Assembly: GCF_006345805.1 (NCBI RefSeq)
Contig: NC_042998.1
Location: forward strand, 85,374,001 to 85,438,000
Direction: 5' to 3'
Source: Octopus sinensis
Lineage: Eukaryota
Length of the DNA: 64,000 nt
A program made the translations under genes and the position numbers. Positions 24,960-39,056 of the stretch are shown piece by piece (within the stretch, counting starts at the first letter, position 1; every line of letters begins with the position of its first letter). Under the pieces are notes generated by a model. That model ran no database searches, was not told where the DNA came from, and saw nothing but the letters and a program-made list of their open reading frames with translations.

Positions 24960-27369
24960 GAAGTAAATCTACAAAATATTTTCACCATTAAAATAAACAA
25001 ACGTTACAGAAGGTTCAACAAACAAAAACCATAAACTGCATAAATCTCAATAATAAACTATTCTTAGTAATGTGTTATGAAAACAAGTAAACAACTTTAT
25101 TATGAATAACAATCCCACAAGCAGAGCATACAAAAGAAGATCGATTGTCAATGATTTTCTGTCTTCACAGAAGTTTGAAATCCTTGACAACTACATCGAA
25201 ACTGAACAGACATAAACAGCTTTGTTTGAGTATCTGACAATGCGCTTGCAGCAGGAAATAGTTGGCACTCGTTCAGAAGAATACCACTGAATATAACTAG
25301 TTAGGAAAATACTGGAAGACAATAAGATAATGCAAAAAAGATAATAGACTAAACTTACTGACTCAACACAGTATTCACACTGATACTGAAATTTAAACCT
25401 GAATTAAACACAAAAATAAGGATCTAGAAAACATTAGATAGTAAATAAATAAAAATGAAATTACAATTATACAATATATAAACCCCTTTTAATCAACCAA
25501 CACTGGAAGATGTACCCACTAAGTACATCTTGCATTATATTCTAGTTAGTAGATGAGGGATTTTTTTGGTAGTATGAAATAGAAGATAGACAAGTAACTG
25601 AATGCATTTGCAGTTCAATTCCTATCAGTGTTGGTTAAAATTTTCATTTTTAAATATTTCATTAGGACAAGTCATCAAAAATTAATCATCTTAAATGCTA
25701 AAACTTTCAAGCCTGTCAATATAAGAATTTTATTAATCCTGCTTAACCAAAACAGGATTTAACTAACTAACCAGTCACCTGATAATAGTTTTACAGCATC
25801 CAGAAACTCAGAAATAATTGTGAAAATGGATATAATCTAGTTTGAATAAACTTTTCATCCATCATTGTAACATCTTAGAAGTGAAGGTAAATAAAAGAAA
25901 AGGGTTACTGATATGGAAGAGCAGGAAATGTTCACTGAAAGTTTATATTTCATATTTCATTTTCCATCATAATTTCATCATCTCAAACAAGTAGAGTTAA
26001 ATAAATATTTTCTTTCCATTTTTGAAACATCAAATCTATGCTGTAGCCATGATTAGTTAAGACAACTGACACTGTTAACTTTCAACCTTTTAGATATTCT
26101 GGCATTAAGAAAAAAATAACAATGCTCTTTTACCCCCTACCCCCAGTTCAGCCAGTTAAATGAAAGACATGAGGGAAATTAACAGATGTTATTATTATCA
26201 AAAACATGGTACAACCAAATCATAAGACCCAGTCTTCAGTAATAAAAGAATGATGAAGTCAGACGTGAGCCAGAAAAGCAATTTAGGTAAATTATCTGAA
26301 AAATTATCTTTCACTTTGCAATCACAAGGTTTTAGATTCAATCCTACTGTGTGACACATTAAGTCAGTGTTTTCTACTATAGACCCAGTAAACCCAGGTT
26401 AACCAATACTATAAGAGGAAATTTGGTACATGGAAATTGCATGAAGCCTATACATGTGTGTGTGGTGTGTAAATGTACTTGTATATTCCACGCTTATCAC
26501 AAACTGAGCAATGTAGTGTTGAGGCTGACATTATCACCAGTCACTCAGAACTTTGAAAGATCTACGGAATAAAGAAATCCTTTACTGGAAAAAAAAAAAA
26601 ACAGTAAAGGTTGGCAACAGGAAAAGCGTCCAGCCATAATATCCCGCCTTAAATAATTCTGTCTACACCCATGCTAGCATGAAAATAATTTGACATTAAA
26701 AAATGAATAGACAAAAGTATTTATCTAAAAGAATTGTAGTTATATTTCAGTGGATTATTCTTTTAACCCACTTGAGACTGCCTGCTTCCAATACAAAACA
26801 TATTTTTAATAAAAGTACATATTTAAATTAAAACTTTCAAATAATTTTATATAAGGCCTTTTCCATTAGGCTATGTTCCAATTACAAAAAAGAGTACAGG
26901 TAGCTTCACTTATTTTACAAAACCCTCTCAAATTCTTGAATATTTATAAAAAAAAAATGTAATGTATATTATTAGAAATATGGTAACAAAAAGATTTGTA
27001 GTGAAACAGACAGACTAAATCCTACTGGACATATATTGTCATATATTTGAAAAGCTTGTTAAGGATTCATAAAGATGGATGAAGAAATTATTTTGATGAG
27101 CAAGGTTTAAGAGAATTATATATTATATAGGGAAGAGGAAGCTTAAGTCCAAATAATAGGAGGTAATTGGATTTATCACATCTGAAATTTAAATTCAATT
27201 GCACATCAACTTATAAGAGAGAAAAGATTAAAATTGAACATTCTCCAGCTGACTATTGAATGTTTGCTACAGTGAAACCAGACTATCTTCTTCTTGGTTA
27301 GTAGATTTGATTATTTTATAGCAACAGATGAAGCAATGAAAAATAAACATTCCTATAAAAAGTAAATCA

Positions 27370-27560
27370 ATAGTCCAGTTCCAAAGATAGATCAACCAAC
27401 GTCTGGAGCCAATATCAATATCCAAAGATAACCTTACTAAGTGTCCATTCCTAAAGATAATTTACCAATATCCAAAAATAATTTATCAATGTCCAGACCT
27501 CTACATCCAAAGGCAATCAGCTGGTGTCAAAAGCTCAAAAATAATCTGCCAATGAAATAA
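27370..27560. repeat. Degenerate short-period tandem repeat (TCCAAAGATAA..CAAT core)
   Basis: TCCAAAGATA, CTAAAGATAA, TCCAAAAATAA and CTCAAAAATAA recur at roughly 20-40-bp spacing. Confidence 0.6.
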
Positions 27561-28830
27561 TTCTATAATCATAGACAAAAAAAATTCTTTTAAAGACTAG
27601 AACACAAAAAATAAATAAACAAATAAATATAACTAAATTTCTTTCATAACTCTTTTGTAATATTTGGTTTTCTATTGTAGAAGTCTGCAAAACTAGACAT
27701 TTGTTTCAAAGAATAATGAAAATACTTTGCTGCTAGGTGCCCTTACAGTATGCTGACCAGTCCTGTTACATAAGTATGATGTAGATAGAAATGATGTACT
27801 TCGCTCAATAGCAAAATGTAATAAATATGGGACAAAAAACAAGTTTACATTGTTATAAGTTTGTTACCATGTCAGTTACGTAGACATGTGACACCTGATC
27901 CTTTAATCCTGCAGTCATCATCATCATCATCATCAAATAACATCCGCTTTTCCTTACATGTATGGATTAAACAGAATTTGTTGAAGATGATTTCTATAGC
28001 CCTTCTTGTTACCAACCATCACTTGTTTCCAAGCAAGGTAATATTTTTCCGTGGCCAGAAATGGACATTGCTAGCAAGATGGTAACAGCTGCTAAAAACT
28101 ATTATATAAAGTCTAGGTAAGGAGACAGTAATACACATCATCAGTCATTTTCCATGCTGACATGAGTTGGACAGTTTGACAGGAGCTGACCAGCTGAAGA
28201 GTTGCCCAGGCTCCATTTGTCTATTTTCACATGGTTTCTACAGTTGGATGCCCTTCCTAGTGCCAACCACTTTACAGAGTGTACTGGATACTTTTACATG
28301 GCACTGGCATGGGTGATTTTTATGTGACACCATCACCCACAAGCCTGCATTATTAGGATCACTTGGCTGAAGAGGGATGTAGGGGATATGCCTGTATGCA
28401 AGAACAGCCATGATTTTACTTAGCTTGACATGTCTTTTCAAGCACAACAAAGACACCAACATACATAGGGAGAGAGAAAGAATCATATACGTATACACAA
28501 TAGATTTCTTTCAGTTTCTGTCAAAAGAAATTCACTCTCAAATTTGTGGTCCATCGAAGGCTATAGTAGAAGACACTTACTTAGGTGCCACTGCAGTGGA
28601 ATTTAACCCATACTGGGAATGGTTAGTTTTTTTCAATGATTATTATCAACATGGCTTTTTTACAAATATTTTGAGTAAAAAAATAAAAGTAACAATATCT
28701 GAGCTTTTATTTGAAATGCTTTGCTGTGATAGTTACACTGTAATCTACATAACTCATCGAGTGTCAAAATATCAAGAGTAGTCTCAAGCCAAGCATAATA
28801 ACCACCTTGAATAAACTCAGTGAAGTAAGC

Positions 28831-28875
<45 letters not shown>

Positions 28876-31176
28876 GGAGGGAGATAAAACTAGGACCAAT
28901 AAATGAGAGATCAGATGTTACAATGACAGGGATAATAACCAAAACATTATTAAGAGAAAATACAAATCTTTGTAAAGATACCTTAGTATTTATCGGGTAA
29001 TTTCCCCTAGAAAGGCATAAGTTTCTATAGTTATCACTGAACCATGACAAGTAGAATAAACTGTGTTGTAACACAATGCCTCAGAATACATTAAAAACCC
29101 ATGAATGGCATATCAATGGCAGTGAATGGGATCTGATTCTCACAAAGCAGCTGTTAACTCTTGTGTTGGATGCTGAAGAGAGGTGTACTCTAAAAAGTTA
29201 TGACTTCAAAATCACACCAGAGTCACATGACTATTTACTCAGATTGTTTTGAATTAGTCATGCTTTATCTCATAGTTTCAAGATTTCAATGATGTGATTA
29301 TTTATTTTAGAATGATATTGCACAGTAGATGTGAGGGACCAGATCTGGCCATTTTTAACATAAACAAGTAGAATATTTGGACCTAATATGGCCAGTTTAA
29401 ATGCTAAAGGGCTAATGTTTTGAAGTGAAGTGAAAATTAATTTCTGTGCTACATGACATGTTCTAATTTAATGTTAAGTTCACAAGATTGGTAAAATTTA
29501 TTTGTTCTAATGAGAGTAAAGAATGTTTACATGTATTTCTGTGTATATAGAATGTTGTATATGCATGTGTATATATATATGTATGCATGTATCAGTGTAA
29601 TTTATGTTCACCTGTTTCAAACCAACATTCTAACACTGGGACTAGGCACAAATACCATCACCCAAATTTTCTCACTTCCCCTAACAATTTTTTAACTTTT
29701 TATCATAACAGTAACTATTTGTGGTTGTTTGATGTATTATACCCATCCACCTGCCTGTTCTCCCTCTTATCCACAATATTTTAATGTCACCTTAATAGTA
29801 TCTCCTTTCATGATTGAGTGAGGAATGCATCTATCTTCTTGGCCAACTCTGTCTCCTTTCCCTTTATCATCTTGTTTCCTTGCCTCTTCATCCTCTCACA
29901 CATCTTATGTAATAGTCCCTCTTCCTACCAAATCAAACTCTCACTTTCAGTTTTAGCCCTTGTTTCCTCACACTCAGATAAAGAGCTAAAGTAATAATAC
30001 ATTATATTTCTTAATCCTTATATCAAAAGAAAATTAACAATCTTCTCTTTAATTTTTACCAATACAGAGCAGTTTCCTTGGATTCCACAACAGTCCAATT
30101 TTAATATTTATATTCAGAATACTGTTGAATTCAGAATTTCTTACACAAAACGCCTGCTTAAAATTTCAGTAGACAAGTTCCTAAAATTATAGTAGCTAAA
30201 TGAACCTGTGGTTAAAATGTTAGAAATTCACTTCTGTATATAAACCCATGAACACTTTTATATATGTTTAGTATATTTTTCCCCATGAAAATGTAAGTAT
30301 TATACATGCACACATATGTGTGTGTACATGTGAGTGATCTTGTTAAACACAAAGAAGGGCGAAAAAGAAACTTAATTTTGATAGGCAGATTTCCCAATGT
30401 ATTAGTATCAGTGATCTGAAACTATCCTTGAGAATTTTCTGGTTCATTCTATGATCCAAGCACCATTTCTCTCCCTCTCCCCACATATCAGCTCTCTCAC
30501 ATCACCCCTCACAAGAAGACATAGAAAATATTTTCTCAGTCGTTTTATCATCTACAAACTATTTATCACCCATTTTCCCTACCAATTTGGAAACTTGTAA
30601 AAATTCTAACCTGAGCTCAAATAATTATCAATACATTCCATTCTAAGAAAACTAACAAAGTCTATGAGCATGGTCTGGTTCCTCTTTTGATTACTTAATA
30701 AGAAAACAAAACAAAAAAACAACAACTAAAATTGTACTTTAATATCAATTGTAACCAGTAACACTCTAACACCAATTAATCTCTATCTACAAAATTCTCA
30801 CTGTAATCTTATCATAGTTATAGGCTGATCTTAGCTGACCTGGTTATATTACATTACAGGAAGTAGGTTCAATATTGCCAGTAAACAAACTGCTTTATCT
30901 TCTGACACATTTTAAACTAAGATCTACCTACAATAACTGATATAAAGAAACATAATGTACTGTACTGAAAAGCAATGTAATATTTATTGACTGAACTCGT
31001 ATATTTATACATTTCTTTCTCTTCAACTTCTTGTTATTCCATACTTACTTTAAATATCTTTAGCATAACTTTCTCTTTTTTTCAGAAACCATGAAATGTT
31101 TGATTAATATTTCCATTAATTTGTTATGAGCAATTAAATGCCTTAATTGTGATTGTAATATGTGACTCCCACTCTA

Positions 31177-31730
31177 CCTAGTTAAAACTAGACAGTTGGG
31201 GGGGGGGCACATACAACAACTACTAGAAATTTCCTGTCAACTGAGCTAACACTATTTTTAAGCTTTTAAAATATTTTCCAGCCTCACAAACAACCACCTC
31301 TGATCTCCAAACCCCATGTTCTTTATATGATTTAATAAATGATAAAAAGATTTGATATCAACATGAAATAATCATACAACAGTAGAATCTGAAAATTAAA
31401 ATGTGGTCTTTGACGAGTTGAAACTGAATTACTATAAAAGTACAAAGAAGCACAGTGACTGTAAGTGGCTACTCTATCAGTGTTCAGTAATTCAGTTCAT
31501 GAATCATAAACTCTCATCTCATTACAGGTACTACATTTGTGTTTTCCAAGGAATTATTTGATAGCCTAGTTAAAACCAGACAGTTGGGGGCAATGGAGGG
31601 GGCACAAGCAGCAACTACTAGAAATTTCCTGTCAACTGAGTTAACACTATTTTTAAGCTTTGAAAATATTTTCCAGCCTCACAAACAACCACCTCTGATC
31701 TCCAAACCCCATGTTCTTTGGATGATTTAA
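31177..31730. repeat. Local duplication of about 160 bp (31177-31335 and 31565-31730)
   Basis: Both copies share CCTAGTTAAAAC.AGACAGTTGGGGG ... AAACCCCATGTTCTTT..ATGATTTAA with few substitutions. The sequence was not seen elsewhere in the window. Confidence 0.9.
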
Positions 31731-31899
31731 GGTAGACAAAAGTATGTCAAAGATAATTACATTTCAAGTGATTAAAAAATCAGTTTAACCCTCAATATAC
31801 AAATTGCATAGATATATATGTATGTATATACTCTAAAACTAAATTATAAAGTAATTAAATTAAGAAAACTGCAACTTCCTGTGGCATTTGATGAATTTT

Positions 31900-32170
31900 T
31901 CTTCTAAAAGTATCAGACTGAAATGTAACAGTCATTACAACTGCCACTAAAAGTGACAAATCAATGTCATATGTTGTCTGAGTGACATTGTCATTGCAAC
32001 TGCTATCAAAATTAATCTGTCAATATCATGCATTGTTTGACTGACTTATATAGCACTGTCAATATAAATGCCACCAAAATTGACGACTCAGTGTTGGGTG
32101 TTATCCCACTGAACAAATAGCAGTCTTTATGACAGCTACCAAAACTGACATATCATAAATGTTGTGTTGT
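31900..32170. repeat. Degenerate tandem repeat of about 60 bp
   Basis: (A)CTGCCACTAAAAGTGAC, CTGCTATCAAAATTAAT, ATGCCACCAAAATTGAC and CAGCTACCAAAACTGAC recur periodically. Confidence 0.6.
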
Positions 32171-34789
32171 CTCATTAAACATATACCATAAACATATAAA
32201 TTTTCATGACCATAGTGAATAAATATGCAAAATTCCTCTGGTATAAGTTGAACTCAAGTCATATAAGTTTGTATCCAAATACTATATCCACTCGACCATC
32301 TTGCTTCTAAAAAGAGTTATGAGTAATGCTATATGGAAACAGTGTATTGAAAAAAATTTAAGCTAAAATTATTTCTTAAAAATAGCCACTCTTCCTGTCA
32401 TCACAATATATTCTTTTCTTTTACATGTTTCAGCCCTAAAGCTATGGCCATATTGGAACACCCAACTTATTTTGTTGTTTTTTTTTTCTTTATTATTTTA
32501 TGATCCTTTTTTTTCTTTTTAGTTTGATCAATTGGCAGAGTAATAAGAGGCAGTGATAAAACATGTTGCAATATTTGTTCCTGTTTTCCTTGCTCCCAGT
32601 TCGAATCCCATGAAAGTCTACTTTGCTTTTCATCGTTTCAGTATTGATGAATAGAGTAGTATTCCAGTGCTGGTTGATGCAGCCTTCACATCCTGGATGT
32701 TCTGCTGGGTCAGTAGTGGGAGAACTGAAAGGGTACTGAAGTCTGCTTTTGGCTAATTAGGCTTCTAAAATCATTAACAAAAGCATAGTGCATACTGATA
32801 ACAAGTCATCCTTGAGAACAAGTGATAGCTATAATAACATTCAGATTACTCTATTAAATGTAATGCTTATTTATTCACATTATTTCCAAATAATCATGCA
32901 TTATTTCATAGCTCCAAGATTTCAATGTGATTGTTTATTTTTTAGAATGACATTGCAAAGTAGGTGTTAAAGGCGGAATCTGACAGTCTGAACATAAAAT
33001 AGGTAGAATATTTGGGTCAGATATGGCTGGATTGAATACTAAAGGGTTAAAACACAAGAGCAGAAAGGTTTTCATTTTGACTTTTTGTGTTTTTGGTTTG
33101 ATTGTTGTTTTGGCAGCTAAATTTATGCACTACCGCTAGCAATTGAACCATGATTAGGAATATATTTTCTTTGTTAAAACATTTTTGCCTTGCTAATTTA
33201 AAAGAGAAAAGTCAGTGGCCATTCCAAATGTTTCCTGAATGGTATGGAGTGAGAGAGGAATTAAGTTTTCCTCAAACTGGAAAGCTTGTTCAAATGCTTA
33301 GAACAGAGTGGAGCCAGTTAAAGACATTTAAGAGCCAGATAGTTGTGTTAGACTATGCAACAAATTATGTCTACAACTCAAGAACTGGAAAAATTCTTCC
33401 AGGCTGTTCCAGGTATCCATACACATTTGCCTATCAAATTTCACTTAGAAGGTGAGCTGAGACTTGTATTGCACAGCTGAATTGAACCTAGAACCAAAGT
33501 TTTATATCAAGACTTCTTAATCACATAGCCATGCTTGCATCCAAATTGAGATAAGAATGTATAATAATATGACCTGCTCAGCACAACAATGGTTTTCAAA
33601 GTAAGGTTTGAATTCCTTACCATGTAGTCTAGAATTTGGCACCTTAATCTAACAACTGATATGCCTCAAAGAATTTAGTCTATGAACAGTACAGCAAGAA
33701 CCCAATATCAAAATTCCCTCACAAGGTATGCAAAAATATCTAATATCTAACATGGGGACATATGCACACACAAACATATACACACATACATGTAAACATA
33801 TATAAAGAGATTATATCATCACAAACATACATAAAAACAACAAACAATAAAATCAGTCCTCAGGGTCTCATTAAAAAATGGGGAAGGATTAAAATGAAGA
33901 GACAGGATAAGGGTGAAAATTAAAAAAAAAAAATTAATGATCACTCACCAATTCAAGTAAAATGCTTTCAGTACTGTGGCTACGTTTATACTTTATTTAT
34001 AATCTAAAACAAAAGAAAATTTTACAATAAAACTACATGAAGAAAGAGCTAAAAATAATTATGGAAAAAAATATTTAGATGAAAATGAAAGAAAATTAAT
34101 AGAGGTAATTAAAAAAAAATAATGAACTGTAAAACTATGAACATTTATAAATACATAAATTGTATAAATTTATAAAATCTAAAACAAAGAAAATGATTTT
34201 TGTTGTTTTTTAGGATTTTTATTTTTTATAGTTATTTTCCTTTTTTACATTGGTTGTATTTCTTTTAATCAACTGCCATAATAAGACCATATGTCCTGTA
34301 GCCAGGTGCAATGAATCCTAAATGTTTTAATGTTGTAATGAGTGTTGTAAATCTTATATTGGAGTATTTTGCAATAAAGAATAAGATATTTAAGGACTTT
34401 AACCCTTTTGATACTAATCCACAAGAGACTGATACTGGTTTTATGATATAAGCTTTCTGTTTTAAAATGATCAAAATTAAAAACCTTCCATAAAAATTTC
34501 ATGGTAATTTACATTCCAAACATCAACTGAATAACAACAATGTTATTTTATGGAATTCATTATTTTCTAAGTGAAATAAAAGTAGTGTATATTGAAAGAA
34601 ATATGGTAATGAAACGGATTACAGAGCACCACAAAAATTAATACGTAAGTTAATTGTCTGTTTAATTATACTGCTACATTACTGCCCCAATCAAAACTAC
34701 CACCAATGAACTATATGGCTCAATACTGTAGTACAAGTCAATGAGGAATCATCCTCTACATTGGTATTACTTATAGAAGGTACAGAACA

Positions 34790-34830
34790 CCTCTATTTCC
34801 TGATGAGGACCTGTGAGGTCTGACAGAGGG
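34790..34830 (+). ncRNA. Degenerate partial hammerhead-like motif
   Basis: CTGATGAG-GACC-TGTGA-GGTC flanked by CCTCT/AGAGG; GAAA, stem III and the cleavage triplet are missing. Confidence 0.25.
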
Positions 34831-35149
34831 GCAGAAAAATTGCTATGTCTGATACATTGGTTTTAAATTTATCCAACACCATGACAAAGAAAACTTGACA
34901 ATCCTGTCTTTTTAGGAGAAATACATTGGATTACATTATCTCCTTTCTTTCTAAGATCTTACAGAGTGATTTAAAGAAATTTGGCCATTATTTCTTGCAG
35001 GTCGAATGACCATGTAACGCAAGAATTATACAGGCACTAGCTCTATTTTGTTTTCTCATTAATAAAAGGTGGGAAACAAAACATTTTCACAACTATTTTG
35101 TAGGAAGTTGGCCTAGTAATTTGAGAACTATTGTTCAGTATAGTTATCT

Positions 35150-35340
35150 GATTTACTAGAAATAACAGCCACATTTTTCTCAAATCACACCACCTTCGCC
35201 ATCTTATAAAACTTAACAGTAAATAATAATCTTAGATACTCCTTACAAAGATGGGATGGTTATGGATGGAATGCTTTTGCTCATAGATCTACTTGATCAG
35301 GATTGAGATGGAGCTAAGCAGCAACAACAGATCCTCTTGT
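35150..35340. mobile_element. Old interspersed repeat family (SINE-like)
   Basis: AAATAACAGCC...AAATCACAC...GGAATG..TTTG.TCATAG..CT...ATCAGG...GAGCTAA..AACAACA recurs at about 700-830 and 62990-63160, and in reverse at about 34900-35010 and 42590-42740. Confidence 0.6.
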
Positions 35341-36440
35341 TAGCTATATACTTCTAGGCCAATGGTTCTTAACCCGGGAAGCAGTACTTCCTTGGCAGTG
35401 TTATGAGCTCACGAGAGGGCGGCAAATGTCAAGGATGCATGCCAACATATGTTCACATAGTTTATGTTTAAACTGATTAACTAAATCATTTATTCTGTTT
35501 CCTTACATTCTGTAACTTAGTAGTTTAACAAATAGTACTTGATAATGAAATAAGTACCAGACTGAAAGACGTATTGGAACCAATACAATCAGCTAAAATA
35601 CATTGAAACTAGTGCTCCACCAATGACCGGTAGTGACAAAAAAATTTAAAGAAAATACAATAGAATCAAAATAGTAACCAGTGTACTCACTTTCCAGACA
35701 TACTTAGCTTTAACTAGAAAAAAATAAAATAATTATCTTTCACTTTAGTTTATCAAGAACTAAACTAATAGCTAAATACACATACACTGTTAAGAAACCC
35801 TCAACTGATATTTTTAACCAGTCTAAAATAAATTGTTGGAAGTATTAACAATGGCAATTGTATTCATGTTTAACAATTTATATCAAAATCTGTTCCAATT
35901 CTGCTGGAAGTGAGTTAAAGTGAAGGAATGAAGGAGAGAGAGGCAGGCAGACTAACCAACAGAGAAATTGAATGGAATAAAAATTAAAAGAAAGAGTGTA
36001 TTGGCTGCTATTTTCAGAAGTTTCAGGAACAACAGAGAGTTCTTCAGTAGCTTCAATATGTAAAGAAGACATTTAATTATACCAATGCTTTAAATGCTAT
36101 TTCATTTATTGGCTGCCTAGTTCAAGTAACGATCATAACTATATGTAGATCAGATTGATCAATTTACTTTTCTAATCTCTCTATCATTGAGCCACACTCT
36201 CAGTGGAATATTTTAGTTCAGCAGTAAAGAACGAAAAACAAATATACATCCATTAACTAGCTTTGATACTTTAACATAGCTGAATTTAAGATTTTGTCTG
36301 CTTTACCTGTTTAATATATAGTTTTTTTTTTAATGTAAACTGCTTCCTGGTGTGCAATGTCGCAGCTGGCATGATACTGTCGGGGGTGGAGTGGGGTGAA
36401 TAGTGAAGGATGAGACATATAGAATTACCATTGTATAAAG

Positions 36441-36675
36441 CAGTGATTCTCAGTTGGGGGGGGGGAGCATATAAGATTTAGGGGGTCCATACAAGCAGAA
36501 TAGTAAATTGAAAATCCACAGTAGTATTTTATGGGTCCATGAAAAAATTTGGCTTTAAATGTATTTATTGCAAGAAATAGCTAGGTTTCTTTTTCTAACA
36601 TTTTACGTAGTTCAACCTATGCAAGTTGATAAGTGAAAAATAAGAATAAGGAGTTTTATTTACAGCCACTTCAAA
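36441..36675. mobile_element. hAT (Charlie-like) MITE relic
   Basis: Begins CAGTGATTCTCA. A similar start, CAATGGTTCTTAACC, is at 35360. Right ends are degenerate. Confidence 0.45.
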
Positions 36676-38834
36676 GTATGCTTCCATAAACTACACACAC
36701 ACATGCCTAGTAGCTTATAGCAAGAAAAGAGTGAGTGGAACAAATTGAGGCTGCAATCAACAAAGAAACACCAGAGTACCGATCTGATTTCCCAAGTACA
36801 ATACCATAACTATTCAGCCATCAATGTTGAAATTGTAAAGGTCATTATTAATGCTAGTTAGCCAACATATTTTAGACATTCAAGATAATTCTTATTAGAA
36901 CTTTGCAAGTTGAACACTTTTGGTTTACTCTCTCAGTTCTTACTCCTCATATTCTCATGATGACCAAAACAAATTTCAACATTTGACAACATTTTTAACA
37001 TCTAACAGACCAAAGTATTCCCTTTAGGAGCCAAAAGCTTTGCAGAACAAAATTATAGCACTGCTATTTCAACTGAGAAAGTAAGGAACTAAAACTGAGC
37101 AGGAATATGACAATTTTTGGCTCTACTGTCATCTAGCCCAAATAATCCAGTCAAATTAATGCTTATTTATTCACATTGCTTTGAATTAACCATGCATTAT
37201 CTCACAGCTTCAAAATTTAGATGATGTGCTTGTTTATTTTTGGAACTACATTGTAGGGTAAGTATGAGAGACCAGATCTGTCTGGTTTTAACATAATACA
37301 GGTAGAATATTTGGGCCTGATATGGCTAGTTTAAATGTTAAAGGACTAGACATCATTGGTAAAAAGTTAGTCAAAAAGCCAGTAGTTTACATCCTGTTAG
37401 CAACACAGTTATGTCTGTAGCTCAAAACATTTAACTTTCAAACGGGGTAATCATGTGACTCAGTAATGATAGGTAAGAACACACATCACACTATAAAACT
37501 AAAAATTACTTTGGTAGCTTGCAGTACCAAATTCAATTCTGCCAGAGAGACAAGTAACTTTCAAAAACAAGATTGACAATGTTTCCAAAATGAGAGTTTT
37601 ATATCCCATCCTCTTAGAATCATGGTAATCAGAGATACAAACACAGGTCAAATGAATTGCAGTGGTCCATGAAACAACGCCTATATCTATCCTGACTGCA
37701 ACAACAATTTCAGTATAAATGATTTCCTAATATTTCATTCAGCTACATACCCAGCTGAAGTTTTTTTTTTTAATAGAAAAAAAAAAAAAACGTCTTTTTC
37801 AGAAAGATATGTAAAATATGTAAACTAAAGTAGTTACATTCAGAAATTAAAACTGGGTTGACAAGAGATCACCTAACTACTCAGCAATGTTTGCCAAGTA
37901 CCAGTAATACAACTAGATAAATACACTTATGAGATATCACTATCAAAATCTATGTAGTTATATGAAAGGGAAGAAGAGAAAAGCTATTTAGATGGAATAT
38001 ATTTTTAAAGAACATTATTTATAAAAGATAATAAACCATGCAGTAATCTGGTTGCATGATAAGAATTAATAGCAGCACTAAGCTATCAATTACAGTCTTT
38101 TGCAGTTAATTTAGCTTCTTGTATCATTAATCAAGAAATAAAGAAGACAAAAAAACTAAATATTACCAAAGAAAATTAATGCTTCAATGCACTTACATAG
38201 TAACTTCAAGATTTTGATGCAATTTTTAAAATTATAATAAAAATTTCTTTAATACAACTGATTTTAATGGATGGCATTATTTTCTATGATGGGTTTTATC
38301 CACATGAGAACACATCAATTACGACAGGTTTATAGAATGGCTTTGGCTTTGATTGCCAAAGCTAATTGAGTGACTCATCAGATACTATTGCTGACTAGCA
38401 GACAATTAGAAAACTATGGGAAAGCAAGAGTAGTTTCACTTGTAATTAGTAAGACACCTTTTAGTAATGCATGTTATATTGTAACTTTGGTTAACTCAGA
38501 AACCTACTTTAATATAGTATTTTACAAACCAGGTAATCTGGTTTCCTATTCTGCCAATCTGCTTCAACTTGCTAATGTTTTAAATTTTATGGCAACATTG
38601 TTTGTCTAAGCAAGAAATTACTGACATTTGAACAGATTTCTAAAGTAAATATTTTAATTAAATAAATATATTGATTGAGTACTAGACGAGCAACTAGATT
38701 TGGTGTTTTATATCCTATCACCAATTCCTTGTTGTGTTTATGTCCAGACTATTAACACGCAACAATGGACAATGTAGGTGATATATTTCATTACTATAAG
38801 CAGTAATAGCAACATGAAATTCCGGAGTGATTTG

Positions 38835-39056
38835 TTAACCCTTTTATTACCATATTTCTGTTGAAAAGCATTACCATTGTTAATTTTGAAAATAATGAAT
38901 TTAGTGCAATAACTTTTAGAACTAAGAGGGTGTTTGGAACATAAAAATTAATATAAAACTTTTGTTTAAAGTTTTAATGGAGATCACTTTTAAAACAGGA
39001 AACTTGTATCAAAGAACCAGAGGCAGTCTTGGACAGGTTGGTATCAAAAGGGTTAA
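38835..39056. mobile_element. TTAA-flanked piggyBac-type MITE, family 2 (complete copy)
   Basis: TTAA|CCCTTTTATTACC ... GGTATCAAAAGGG|TTAA. Related copies at about 11500-11660, 26763-27062, 34399-34620, 39522-39720, 42012-42232 and 60320-60480. Confidence 0.8.

Noticed and set aside
25140-25290. Two-hairpin H/ACA-like folds (also 19608-19712)
   Set aside because: Stems are weak, box spacing is non-canonical and no target was found.
33150-33455. 101-aa plus-strand ORF
   Set aside because: No recognisable motif or splice context; the length is within chance expectation.
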